A stretch of DNA of 63,827 nt, filler included, from Octopus bimaculoides (Eukaryota): NCBI RefSeq assembly GCF_001194135.2. It is 5 parts of 5 records of this genome, joined end to end, with 100 filler letters (N's around TTAATTAATTAA, not from the genome) between each part and the next. Parts side by side here need not be neighbours in the genome. Positions count along the whole stretch, not along the records: positions 16,503 to 45,576 come from NW_026435294.1; positions 45,677 to 59,034 come from NC_068982.1; 3 more parts are not named here. One strand, 5' to 3'. The notes beneath the pieces were generated by a model. That model ran no database searches. It was not told the origin of the DNA and saw only the letters and a list, made by a program, of their open reading frames with translations. This document shows, one piece after another, positions 41,401-52,324 of the stretch (positions are counted from its first letter, which is position 1; the number at the start of each line of letters is the position of its first letter). Position numbers and translations under genes: made by a program.

Positions 41401-44400
41401 AGGCCTAGAAAACGTGGAAGAGTTGGAGTAGCAGGGAACTGTATCAGATAGCCAGAAGGGAGGCTAGGAGACAGGTGTATACAGCCAAGGAAAAAGCAGA
41501 GAAGAAGAAGTTTGCCAATGTTCAGTGATGTGTGGACCAAAAAACTGAAGTATTTTGGATTGCAAGACAGTGTGTGAGAGAAAATTGTGATATCATAGGA
41601 GAGAAATGTGTCTGCATGGATGATGATGCACTTGCATTTAATGATTCTGCAAATGAAAAGGCTTGGAGATGCCATTATGAAAGACTGCTGAATGTGGAGA
41701 ATGAATGGGAGGAGGAGAGCCTGCCAAAGGTTGACCCAGTAGAGGGACCAGCTACCCAAATTGACAGCACTGTGTTAGATAAAGCAATTAAGGATATGAA
41801 GACAAGGGAAGCCCCCAGCCTATCAGGATTCACCATTGGGATGCTTAAAATATCTGGTAGTGTGGGTTATGGTCTAGTCACCCGTATTGTAAATCAGGCA
41901 GTTTACGAAGGAGTCATATCCAATGACTGTAGCAGCACCATAGTCAACTGCTACAAAGGCAAAGGTGATGTTTTAGATATAAATAACTACAGGAGTATCA
42001 GATTGCTGGATCAGGTGATGAAGGTTATGGAGAGGGTCATAACCCAACTAATTAGGAAGAGAGTTAGCCTAGAGGAGACGTGGTTTGGTTTTGTGTCAGG
42101 GAAAAGCACCACTGATGCTATATTTCTGGTAAGGCAACTGCAGGAGAAATACCTAGCCAAAGACAAAACCTCTGTACTTGGCTTTTGTTGACTTGGAGAA
42201 AGCCTTTGACAGGGTCTCCTGATCCCTTATCTAGTGGGCAATGCAGAAACTAAGGATAGATGAGTGGTTGGTAAGAGCTGTACAAGCCCTGTACAGGGAT
42301 GCTGTCAGGAAGGTGAGGGTTAGCAACGAGTATAGTGAAGAATTCCGGGTAGAAGTAGGGGTTCACCAAAAATCAGTCTTCAGCCCCCTCTTATTCATCA
42401 TAGTTCTCCAGACAATAGCAGAGGAATTCAAGACAAGCTGCCCCATGGAGCTCCTCTATGCTGATGACCTTGTTCTAATAGCTGAGTCACTACCAGAACT
42501 AGAGATGACATTTCAAGTGGGGAAGCAAGGTCTAGAATTGAATGGCTTTAGAATCATTCTAGTAAAAACCAAAGTCCTAGTAAGTAGAAAGGCAGACAAA
42601 TCACAAACCCCTTCAGGTAGATGGCCCTACTCGATCTGTAGAAAGGGCGTAGGTAGAAACTCCATAAGATGTACCCAGTGCAAGCTATGGACACATAAGA
42701 GGTGCTGCAATATCAAAGGAAGGTTAACTGGGAAGATAATTTTGTGTATGGCAGATGAACAGGAGCAATAAACACCGAATATTCCATCACATGCCAGTGG
42801 GGAGAAACTAGAAGTAGTTGATAGCTTCCGCTACCTAGGTGACCAAGTCTGTAGTGGGGGTGGATGTGCTGAGTGCGTTGCTACCAGAATAAGAATAGCC
42901 TAGGCAACATTCAGAAAGCTCCTACCTCTGCTGGTAACAAAGGGCCTCTCGCTCTGAGTGAAAGGTAGACTGTATGATGCATGTGTGTGAACAACCATGC
43001 TACACAGAAGTGAAACATGGGCCATGATTGCTGAGGACATACTTAGGCTTGAAAGAAATGAAGCTAGTATGATCTGCTGGATGTGTAATGTTAGGGTGGA
43101 TACATGACAGTGTAAACGCCCTGAAAGAAATGTTGGATATGAGAAGCATCAGATGTGGTATGTAAGAGAAATGACTGTGCTGGTATAGTCATGTGCTGTG
43201 TATGGATGAGGTGAGTTGTGTGAAGACGTTTCACACTCTAACAGCGAAGGAACCCATAGAAGAGGAAGACCCAGGAAGACATGGGATGAGGTGGTGAAGC
43301 ACAACCTTCGAACGTTGGGCCTTAGAAAGGCAATGACTTGTGACCAAGACCTTTGGAGATATACTGTGATTGAGAAGACCTGGAAAGTAAAGTAAGGTCA
43401 CAGCCATGGCCGATACCAGTGTCACATAACCAGCCCATTTAAAAGTACCCTTGAAATGTTGGGCGATACATTGCTCTTGAGAAGACCTATTGAGTCAAGT
43501 AAATCAAAATCAAAATAGAAATGGTAGTTGTGACTGATGCCAGTCTTGCCTGAGTGGTACCCATGCTGGTGGCATGTAATAAGCACCATTCAAGCATGGG
43601 TCGATACCAGTCCTGCTTGACTGGCTCCTGTGCTGGTGGTATGTAAAAAGCACCCACTACACTCTGAGTGGTTGGTGTTAGGTAGGGCATCCAACTGTAG
43701 AAATCTTGCCAGACCACATTGTAGCCTGGTGCAGCGTACTGGCTTGCCACTCCTCAGTCAAACTGTCCAACCTATACCAGTATGGAAAACAGATATTAAT
43801 TGATGATATATATATATATATATATATATAACATTACTGCCCTGGGTTTAAATTTAGAATTGAACTACTTACATAATACCATATTGGCTAATACAGTTCT
43901 ATATTTAAGAGATGAGGAATTATGTACATTATTTACATTTGACGGATATTTGTCCTCATCTTGTTTGTTGTTAACACAACGTTTCGGCTGATATACCCTC
44001 CAGCCTTCATCAGGTGTCTTGGGGAAATTTCGAACTTGGGTTCTCATTCCTAAGGTATATTTTCAATGTTATCATTATTATTATTATTATTCAGGTCACT
44101 GCCTGGAATCGAACTCGGAATCTTGGGGTTAGTAGCCTGTGCTCTTAACCACTATGCCAGATGCCTGGGCACATGGCATTATAATAATAATAATGACATC
44201 GAAAAAATACCCTAGGAATAAGAACCCAGGTTCGAAATTTCCCCAAGACACCTGATGAAGGCTGGAGGGTATATCAGCTGAAACGTTGTGTTAACAAACA
44301 AGATGAAGACAAATATCCGTCAAATGTAAATAATGTACCATATTGACAGTTTCACTTTGAGAAAATTTGGTGAGAGCACTGTGAAATAAGGAAACCTTCA

Positions 44401-44786
44401 TTAATTTTACTATGATATATAATGAGATATTTGGGACTGTAGTTGTAACTATATGTTATTGTCTGTAACACCTCATAGGTCCATTTGTGATAAGGGAGAT
44501 TTGGGTCACTGAGTGATATGTATTAGCCAGTGAAACTATCAAATATGAACTGTAAATCTGTCAGGCAACAGTCTGTTAGTATGTTGGTGATACACTTATG
44601 GTGTGTGTTGTGTATGTGTATTCATTGATCAGTTACTTTTCATTGTTGTTTTGATGTTTTTTACAGATCCGTGATCAAGTATCTGTGATAATCCCTAATC
44701 GGGAAATCCTTGTAGTAGAGAAGATTGATAGTTCACCATCTGGCAATGTCATTACCAATGCTATATTAATAACAACTAAAGGCAAG
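16725..44786 (+). CDS. TBC1D9: TBC1 domain family member 9 (TBC1D8/9 family Rab-GAP), partial gene: 12 exons covering the N-terminus and both GRAM domains
   Basis: Manual splice join(16725..16836,17300..17351,17471..17548,19626..19712,20220..20306,25678..25811,28679..28744,30810..30886,31725..31778,33005..33076,39207..39339,44667..44786) = 1072 nt. All introns are GT-AG, phases are compatible and there is no stop. Translation includes [65 protein letters not shown] and [17 protein letters not shown], which match the vertebrate TBC1D9/8 sequence as I recall it. Paralog assignment (9 vs 8/8B) cannot be resolved by eye. Confidence 0.93.
17300..17351 (+). CDS. TBC1D9: TBC1D9-family exon [17 protein letters not shown]
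   Basis: Polypyrimidine acceptor tttcctttccag; donor A|GTAAGT; matches the family PYRIL motif. Confidence 0.9.
17471..17548 (+). CDS. TBC1D9: TBC1D9-family exon [26 protein letters not shown]
   Basis: Acceptor tctttcag; donor G|GTAAGT; WEWLEQ motif. Confidence 0.93.
17780..18330 (+). mobile_element. RTE-type LINE 3' fragment
   Basis: Homologous to 42820-43380 (SGxGC..RIRI..FRKLL). Confidence 0.65.
19626..19712 (+). CDS. TBC1D9: TBC1D9-family exon [29 protein letters not shown]
   Basis: Acceptor ttttgcag; donor G|GTAATA; FENE motif; phase 1-1. Confidence 0.92.
20220..20306 (+). CDS. TBC1D9: TBC1D9-family exon [29 protein letters not shown]
   Basis: Acceptor tttccag; donor T|GTAAGT; start of GRAM1 (LFxMPxEEKLVN). 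Confidence 0.94.
20648..23465 (-). mobile_element. RTE-type LINE, degenerate, antisense in a TBC1D9 intron
   Basis: APE fragments ([21 protein letters not shown]), RT fragments (ELLYTDDFA), 3' tail ending in (ATG)n; homologous to 40370-43805. Confidence 0.9.
24735..25455 (+). mobile_element. RTE-type LINE, 5'-truncated 3' part
   Basis: [10 protein letters not shown] motif and the same 3' UTR/tail (ccatgtcagcatggaaaatggatattaaatgatgatg). Confidence 0.8.
25678..25811 (+). CDS. TBC1D9: TBC1D9-family exon [45 protein letters not shown] (GRAM1 core)
   Basis: Acceptor cattttcccag; donor G|GTAACT; highly conserved GRAM motif. Confidence 0.95.
27559..27925 (+). mobile_element. tRNA-derived SINE family A, full-length
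   Basis: A box TGGCTGTGTGG 27563-73, B box GGTTCAATCC 27606-15, internal (GT)n, 3' tail that is the reverse complement of the recurrent ttcagtcatttgactgcggccatgctgg repeat. Confidence 0.8.
28030..28600 (-). mobile_element. Degenerate RTE-like LINE C-terminal fragment
   Basis: [44 protein letters not shown] motifs in broken frames. Confidence 0.6.
28679..28744 (+). CDS. TBC1D9: TBC1D9-family exon [22 protein letters not shown]
   Basis: Acceptor gtttgtag; donor T|GTAAGT; PDxxKVSTR motif; phase 0-0. Confidence 0.9.
30225..30420 (+). mobile_element. tRNA-derived SINE family B
   Basis: ttagcacaccgggtgaaatgcttagc..tctgagttcaaattccgccgaggttgactttgcctttcatcctttcggg..aagtaccagtt; related copies at 18935-19130, 19390-19590, 50085-50125, 51650-51780. 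Confidence 0.8.
30810..30886 (+). CDS. TBC1D9: TBC1D9-family exon [25 protein letters not shown](Q)
   Basis: Acceptor ttcttgcag; donor A|GTAAGT; ETFxLMEQL motif. Confidence 0.93.
31392..31667 (+). mobile_element. tRNA-headed SINE with hammerhead-ribozyme tail, full-length copy with decayed core
   Basis: A box TGGCGTAATGG 31398-31408, B box GTTCGATTC 31443-31451, (TAA)n linker, CTGATGA 31552-31558; GAAAC mutated to AAAAC; homologous to 43897-44165, 44182-44337 and 52996-53176. Confidence 0.85.
31725..31778 (+). CDS. TBC1D9: TBC1D9-family exon (Q)[17 protein letters not shown]
   Basis: Acceptor attctag; donor A|GTAAGT; GFExD motif; phase 2-2. Confidence 0.88.
33005..33076 (+). CDS. TBC1D9: TBC1D9-family exon (K)[23 protein letters not shown]
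   Basis: Acceptor tgttccag; donor G|GTGAGT; LKRDLDA motif. Confidence 0.93.
34221..34306. repeat. Perfect 86-bp palindrome with (AT)13 centre
   Basis: actctcagtttgctcattcaggtactcacc (AT)13 ggtgagtacctgaatgagcaaactgagagt. Confidence 0.95.
34335..34685 (+). mobile_element. Penelope-like element fragment (RT thumb/linker)
   Basis: [49 protein letters not shown], a PLE post-RT region; ends at a gap. Confidence 0.65.
35350..38235 (+). mobile_element. Penelope-like element: degenerate GIY-YIG ORF, long AT-rich 3' region and terminal hammerhead-like motif
   Basis: [59 protein letters not shown] (35695-36290); AT-rich tandem region; motif at 38114-38230. Confidence 0.8.
36860..38050. repeat. Degenerate AT-rich tandem array, ~150-170 bp unit, ~7 units
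   Basis: Recurring ttattggtaaaataagtattttt and gttaatagtataacgttt motifs near 37037, 37185, 37350, 37517, 37690, 37857, 37978. Confidence 0.7.
39207..39339 (+). CDS. TBC1D9: TBC1D9-family exon (R)[44 protein letters not shown] (GRAM2)
   Basis: Acceptor tttctag; donor G|GTAAGT; EKLDG-TDC-LWTP-NK and NYICF motifs. Confidence 0.95.
40370..43805 (+). mobile_element. Near full-length degenerate RTE-type LINE (APE + RT + 3' UTR)
   Basis: [87 protein letters not shown]; many stops/frameshifts. Confidence 0.93.
43897..44165 (-). mobile_element. tRNA-headed SINE with hammerhead tail, full-length copy with intact core
   Basis: Reverse strand reads ggcatctggcatagtggttaag..gagttcgattcc..(taa)n..gacac CTGATGA a ggctg..cagcc GAAAC GTT gtgtt.. 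Confidence 0.87.
43973..44018 (-). ncRNA. Minimal type I hammerhead ribozyme motif (Penelope-type)
   Basis: Stem I GACAC/GUGUU, CUGAUGA, extra A, stem II GGCUG/CAGCC, GAAA, palindromic AACGUU stem III without loop, GUU cleavage triplet. Confidence 0.75.
44182..44337 (+). mobile_element. Hammerhead-tail SINE copy with most of the head deleted, inverted relative to the adjacent copy
   Basis: (taa)n then ...ccccaagacacctgatgaaggctggagggtatatcagctgaaacgttgtgtt... homologous to the other three copies. Confidence 0.85.
44247..44292 (+). ncRNA. Minimal type I hammerhead ribozyme motif, sense to the TBC1D9 pre-mRNA
   Basis: gacac 44247-51, CTGATGA 44252-58, stem II GGCTG/CAGCT (G-U closing pair), GAAAC 44280-84, GTT 44285-87, gtgtt 44288-92. 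Confidence 0.72.
44667..44786 (+). CDS. TBC1D9: TBC1D9-family exon [40 protein letters not shown] (GRAM2 end)
   Basis: Acceptor ttttttacag; donor AAG|GTGAGT; IIPxRExxxVEKxDSS motif. Confidence 0.92.
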
Positions 44787-44885
44787 GTGAGTAGACTGAC
44801 ACAGCAGCAGTTTAACTTATAAAGCTCTTATTTCATTTTAGTTCTATTCTTATACTATTATAAGGGGTGAGATTATTAATATTAC

Positions 44886-44922
<37 letters not shown>

Positions 44923-45528
44923 AATTAAGAAACTGGAAAATTCATAAACTTAATATAGCCTTATTTAAATAATAAAGGTGAAGTTTCTTAAATGGTCTAA
45001 AATCAATTGTTTTATATTCTTCAACGACAAATTTGTTGCCAATTTGTTTAAATTGAATACTAATATACTCAAAATCTTGAAAGGGTTTATTAAATGATGT
45101 GTAACACATATACATGCATGCACCCACACATACAAGCTCACATACACATGGACACTTACACACTTATATACGCACATTCACACCTACACACATATACACG
45201 CATGCACACCCACACACTTATATACGCATGTGCACACAAGCTCATATGCTCATAAGCCCCACTGACTCCACACCCAGACGTATTGTCACCAATTTCCTTT
45301 CCAACAGTGCAACAAAAGAAAATCTTTTCTCATGTAACTGCTGTTGCTTACTAAAGAGTACTATTTACCGGGACAGTACAAGACCTTCCTTGACCAATTG
45401 CAGCCCATCCACCAGTAGCCATCTTCTTGTACCTCTCTGTTCATTTGGATACCCTATCAACCTGAGGAGACAGGCTCTATTAGGGGCTTGCGAAACTTGA
45501 AGTAGCACAGAATCCGAATCACACTGAT

Positions 45529-45564
<36 letters not shown>

Positions 45565-45576
45565 GTTTAACATCCG

Positions 45577-45676
45577 NNNNNNNNNNNNNNNNNNNNNNNN
45601 NNNNNNNNNNNNNNNNNNNNTTAATTAATTAANNNNNNNNNNNNNNNNNNNNNNNNNNNNNNNNNNNNNNNNNNNN
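45577..45676. other. Artificial scaffold spacer N44-TTAATTAATTAA-N44
   Basis: Linker at 45621-45632. Confidence 0.95.
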
Positions 45677-45749
45677 AGGTGGTAGTGGTGGTGGTTGCTG
45701 TGGTGTTGATAATAGTGCGCGCATCAGCGATATTACTATTGGTGGTGAG

Positions 45750-45837
45750 TCTTCTTCTTCTTCTTCTTCTTCTTCTTCTTCTTCTTCTTCTTCTTCTTCT
45801 TCTTCTTCTTCTTCCTCTCCTCCTCCTCCTCCTCCTG

Positions 45838-45891
<54 letters not shown>

Positions 45892-45912
45892 GTGCTGTTG
45901 TTACTAGTAGTA
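45750..45912. repeat. Compound (TTC)n/(TCC)n/(CTA)n microsatellite
   Basis: Read directly from the sequence. Confidence 0.95.
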
Positions 45913-46150
45913 GTAGTAACATTGTGCAAGGCGCTGTGTGAAGATGGTGGGGGTGGGGTGGACATGAGTTGAACGTTGGTCTCGGAATTGAAACAGAAAA
46001 GAGTTATTGGGGTTCTGTAAGGTCTGTTATGGTATTGGAAGAAGGGAAGGAATCAAAGGGATTAGATAAAGGAAGAGAAAGAGAGAAAAGGAGTGGGGGA
46101 GAGAAAGGGAGGGAGAAGAGATGCACTAGGTATGAAATAGTGGGAAAAAG

Positions 46151-46224
<74 letters not shown>

Positions 46225-47540
46225 NNNNNNNNNNNNNNNNNNNNNNNNNNNNNNNNNNNNNNNNNNNNNNNNNNNNNNNNNNNNNNNNNNNNNNNNNNNN
46301 NNNNNNNNNNNNNNNNNNNNNNNNNNNNNNNNNNNNNNNNNNNNNNNNNNNNNNNNNNNNNNNNNNNNNNNNNNNNNNNNNNNNNNNNNNNNNNNNNNNN
46401 NNNNNNNNNNNNNNNNNNNNNNNNNNNNNNNNNNNNNNNNNNNNNNNNNNNNNNNNNNNNNNNNNNNNNNNNNNNNNNNNNNNNNNNNNNNNNNNNNNNN
46501 NNNNNNNNNNNNNNNNNNNNNNNNNNNNNNNNNNNNNNNNNNNNNNNNNNNNNNNNNNNNNNNNNNNNNNNNNNNNNNNNNNNNNNNNNNNNNNNNNNNN
46601 NNNNNNNNNNNNNNNNNNNNNNNNNNNNNNNNNNNNNNNNNNNNNNNNNNNNNNNNNNNNNNNNNNNNNNNNNNNNNNNNNNNNNNNNNNNNNNNNNNNN
46701 NNNNNNNNNNNNNNNNNNNNNNNNNNNNNNNNNNNNNNNNNNNNNNNNNNNNNNNNNNNNNNNNNNNNNNNNNNNNNNNNNNNNNNNNNNNNNNNNNNNN
46801 NNNNNNNNNNNNNNNNNNNNNNNNNNNNNNNNNNNNNNNNNNNNNNNNNNNNNNNNNNNNNNNNNNNNNNNNNNNNNNNNNNNNNNNNNNNNNNNNNNNN
46901 NNNNNNNNNNNNNNNNNNNNNNNNNNNNNNNNNNNNNNNNNNNNNNNNNNNNNNNNNNNNNNNNNNNNNNNNNNNNNNNNNNNNNNNNNNNNNNNNNNNN
47001 NNNNNNNNNNNNNNNNNNNNNNNNNNNNNNNNNNNNNNNNNNNNNNNNNNNNNNNNNNNNNNNNNNNNNNNNNNNNNNNNNNNNNNNNNNNNNNNNNNNN
47101 NNNNNNNNNNNNNNNNNNNNNNNNNNNNNNNNNNNNNNNNNNNNNNNNNNNNNNNNNNNNNNNNNNNNNNNNNNNNNNNNNNNNNNNNNNNNATATATAT
47201 ATATATATATATATATACATACACGTGTGTGTGTATGTATCCTCTTAATGTAAGCCTGTAAGCCACAAGACTTATTGGCACGCAGAAAAGACCACCATCA
47301 ACATTCTATCCCTGGCTCTCAATCATGCTGTCTTGATCCTTTCAGCATGGTCCATCCCAATGACTGAAATCAAGCGGTAAGGATTTTAAATGTTTGATCA
47401 ACTGAATTACCTGCCCTTGAATTAACGTGTAAGTGATCGAGTATTGCACAGACATGTGTCTCCTCAAACATAATCCCCAAACAAAATTAGCGTGGTGCAT
47501 CGTGGTCAGCAAGCGAACTTCTACACCATATATACATGCA

Positions 47541-47571
<31 letters not shown>

Positions 47572-47924
47572 TTATTTATTTATGCGTTTCAGCCAAGTGG
47601 TTGTGGTCATGCTGGAGCACCACCATGATACATACATACATGCATGCATACATACATACATACATACATACATACATACATACATACATAGAAAACTGTA
47701 ATGCCAGAGGTGCTGGAGCATAGGAGGAACCTTCTTTTAATGTGGCTAAACTGCAGGCAAGCTTTTGACTCTATTCCCCACTCATGGATGCTAGAAGCCC
47801 TTCAACTTGCTAAGGTTCCAGTGAGTATAGTCAAAACCATAGCTGACCTAACTTCATCGTGAGCCACCATCTTGAAGTTAAACACAAAGAGTGACTGTAT
47901 TATCATTGTTAGAATACAGTATCG

Positions 47925-48720
47925 CAGAGGCATATCCGAAGGGGTATGTTAGTAGAAAGCTCCGGGATGATTGTAACATTGATCACCAAAGCAGTCGATC
48001 ATGGGATCAATAGCCAGATTACTATCTCCCACTTCGAAAGATATGCGTTTGCAATCCAGGAACAGAAAATATCAACCAAATACCTGATGCACGAAAGGGA
48101 CAAAAATGCAGGAAAATTAGTAAAATGTGACAACCGTTGCTGACTTTGTGGAGTTAACACCGAAGATATGACCCACATCAAAAGCAGTTGTCCGAAAATG
48201 TCATCACAGTATTATCTACCGATGAGACATGACGTTGTAGCTAGGACACTGTATAACGAGGTTTGTCGGAAGGATAACCCCGAGAACAAAGAAATAAGAA
48301 CCCACAGTATGGTGGAAACCATAGCCACTCATAATAAAAAGGAATGCTGGTGGAATGTCCCAGTGAAGACCCCAATAAAATATAAGCACAACAGACCTGA
48401 TATAATGATTTGGAAGAGAGAAGAGAAACGGTTGTGGAAATTCGGTGCCCAGTGGGTGTTAACATAAAGCTGATGGTAAAGAGAACACCCACGCTGTACT
48501 ATTGAGAAATCTGCAATTACTCTCTCCGGATTACAAGTTCAGGTTTATACCTGTAATTATTGGAGCCCTGGGATATGTGACACTGTGTAAATACCAATCT
48601 TGAGAAATTAGGCTTCTCAAAACCAGAAAGGAGAAAGCTGATTCAAAGACTACAGATCCAATCCATCACTGGGACTGTAAAAATCTGTAAAAATCTGTAA
48701 AACTTTCCAGAAGTTTATCA
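47925..48720 (+). mobile_element. R4/Dong-type (RLE) LINE 3' part with Zn knuckle and restriction-like endonuclease
   Basis: AFAIQEQKISTKY..RC*LCGVNTEDMTHIKSSCP..RHDVVA..WWNVPVKT..HNRPDIMIW (PD motif)..IIGALG. Confidence 0.85.
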
Positions 48721-49037
48721 TTTTAGTATATATGAGCATGTCTAGATATGCAAATATATGCATGAAAAGACATACATAAAACAAAACATACAAGTCTGCA
48801 CAAATATACACACACACACACACACACACATAGTTACATACATACATACATACATACATACATCCCCCCACAAACAAATACCCTGTTGTTGATGTTGTTG
48901 AAATTGCAATGAAGGAGCCTTGGATCTAGGTTAGAAACTGGCTCTTTCTCTATTTGCAAGAAATCTTGAAATAAAACGGAATAATGACATACATACATAA
49001 ACACTATAAAGACAGATATATAGACAGCCAGACAGAC

Positions 49038-49110
<73 letters not shown>

Positions 49111-49145
49111 NNNNNNNNNNATGTTTTTGTGTGTGTGTATGTGTG

Positions 49146-49177
<32 letters not shown>

Positions 49178-49546
49178 ATCTGCTACGTTTCTGTGGAACA
49201 TTCTAAGAGATACAAAAATGAAAAACTGCCGAAAATCTGTAAGAACATGAAATAGATTGGAAAGTTATTGGAATGGTCCTTAGGGAGATGAAACAGGGGT
49301 AATTTATAAGTAAATGGCATCCTAAGTAAGGGATTCGGGGCTTCCAATAATTATTTAAGATAACATTGCAGACCCCAACGTGTAGGGGTCGCTGCCAGTA
49401 ATCTGTTTATGGAGCGACAAAACATCTATTAACCCCCCTTCCTCCCGTTGCTTGCCATCGTCCGTCTTGCCGCTTTCTCATCTACTTTACTTCGTTTAAG
49501 CTTATTACAGAAGTCTACGTTCGTGTCGTCTGACCGATTACATGAT

Positions 49547-49610
<64 letters not shown>

Positions 49611-49939
49611 CCAAATACATGAACATACACTTATGCGCACGCGCATACAAGTATTGATGCATTTGTTGAGATAATGTGTGTATGTGTGCCTCCGTGCTCG
49701 CATGTGCATATAATATACATACATATATATATATATACAGACACACACACATATATATATATACACGAACACACATGTATACAATGTGTGTGTGTATAAA
49801 TGCATACGTACATATATACATGCACGTTCACGTATATGTATGTATATGGTGCTCTAGCGTGACCGCAGAATCATGGCTGAAACAAATAAATGAATATATA
49901 TACATGTATATATACATATACATGTATATATGTCTGTCA

Positions 49940-50058
<119 letters not shown>

Positions 50059-51224
50059 TATATGTATCTGTTCTGACCCTCTTTGCGTTCTGAGTTCAAA
50101 TCTTGCGGAGATCAACTTTGCCTTTAATACAAATAGAAGGGACCAATCCAGGGTGGCTGATTAGAGGTCAGAGCGCATGTGGGGCCATCTTGTAGTATTT
50201 GTTCCAGCAACGATACTGATGCCAAGCTGTAGCCATTTTCAGTCTGTCTGTCTGTCTCTCCTGGTCATCATCGGGGCATGAGCAGCTGCTGGTCTTTCAC
50301 AATAAACCTTGATCAGGAGTATACGTTGTACAGAAATTCTCCGAGAGGTCAGTCTTGACCGGAAGTGGTCCAATAGATATTGGTTTCTCAGATAAATTAG
50401 TAATAGAATTGGAAGGTAGGTGGCATAATTTAAAACATCTGTTGTATTTTGAGTTCAAATCTCAGCCGTGTTTCTTTACACCATTCGGATGTCGATAAGT
50501 GAAATATCGATTTAGAATTTTGGCACGAAGCCAGCAATTTCGATCCCAGTGCTCAACTAGTTCTTATTTTATCGGCCCCGAAAGGATGAAAGGCAAAATC
50601 GACATCAGTGGAATTTGAACACGGGACGTATAGACAAACGAATTGCCAGCTTATCGCCTTCCCGATAAATTAAATATTAATTATTCAAATTCATTAAAGT
50701 ACACCCTTTGCTAAAAAGTGTGTGATCCTCTGCTGAAGTCAGCATTTACAATTAGTTGAAGCACTGTGGGGCTTCCATACACTTTGGATTTCCTTATGCG
50801 ACAAACAAGAAAATAACATCTCTTAATTCTCTATTATACGCTCTGTTAGTTGAGAAAAAGCTGTGTGAGGAAGATATTACGAATGAGAGGTGTCCTCTAG
50901 CACAACCTCTATGCTTAATGAACATTAGATTAATGAATAATCTAATTTAATACATATGTAGCGAGATGACGGTGTGATTTGAACCATCACATTCGTGTTT
51001 CCCAGCTTCGGGCCATGACTGCCATAAAAAGCATTAAACTTACGTGGTTGTGGCTCAGTCAATCAAATCAATTGGTGAGCTGAAATCTTCCGGCCAAACA
51101 CTTCATAGAATGTTCTAGAACTTTTTGCCGTTGGACAAATCTTACGAAAAGGAGAGCTATCAGATTCTATCGGAAGTTTGATATTTCTTCTATATTCTTC
51201 AAATATTAATAACAACTAAAAGTC

Positions 51225-51420
51225 GGCAAGCTGGTAGAGTCGTTAGTACGCCGGACAAAATGCTTAGCCGCATTTCGTCCGTCTTTACGTTCTGAGATCA
51301 AATTCTGTCGAGGTTGACTTTGCCTTTCATCCTTCGGCGTCGATAGAATAAGTACCAGTTGAGTACTAGGGTCAATGTAATAGACTTACCCTCTCCCCTG
51401 AATTCGTTAGCCTTGTGCAA
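51225..51420 (+). mobile_element. tRNA-derived SINE family B
   Basis: Homologous to 30225-30420. Confidence 0.8.
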
Positions 51421-51824
51421 AATTTGAAAGCAATATTAATAACGGCTGAAGACACAAACGGAGTTATGTTGCTAAATCTCCCGTTATAAATCCTTGGGGT
51501 ATTATATAACAACATATTACAATGACTAAATGTTCTTTTATTTCATTATATGTTCTCGTTTTCTTCTCTTTATAAAATTAAGGGATCGCTACTTCTGGTA
51601 AAGTTACTTTCATTTCATTTGAAACCCCTAAACTGCACGTATTTAGTTATGACATTTACATTCTGTGTTCAAACCCCGCCAGTGTTGACTATACTTTTCA
51701 TTCCCCTGGGGTCGGTGAAATAAAGTACCAGTCATGAACTGGGATCGATATAATCGGCGTTACACCCTCCCCTTCCTTTACAACATAAGTATCGTTGTGT
51801 GTTTTATTTCGCATAGAACTACTA

Positions 51825-51874
<50 letters not shown>

Positions 51875-52324
51875 TTCAACCGCAACTATCTCCCACCTAC
51901 CCACTACCACCGCCACTATCTCCCACCTACCCACTCCCACCGCCACCATTAACATGAAACGTGTTAGTTCCGACATGTAATAATGGCGATGCTTCCGCTT
52001 GCCCCACACTCACCACTTACCAAATATCAATGCCTTAATGAATATCCACAATGATGGAAGTTTCAGCTGTTGGTTCTTTTGTTGCTGTTGCTGTTGTTGT
52101 TGTTGTCTTTTCTGCTAGAACTTAATATTCTTGGTCAAATATTTACCAAAGATAGAACTCACAGAAATTCAAAACGCCATGTCAATATTGCCTGATTCTG
52201 CCAACGATTATCGATTTCTTTAAAGACAAAACCATTCCTTTCCATCTGCACCGTTTTTAGATTTCCCGAAAAATTTCAACTTTTTGATTTTAAAAGAGTT
52301 AAGTCCCTTGCTAGTTCTTTTTGT

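Noticed and set aside
49368-49395. GC-rich hairpin gcagacccc/ggggtcgctgc as a Helitron 3' end
   Set aside because: No CTRR terminus at the expected distance on either strand.
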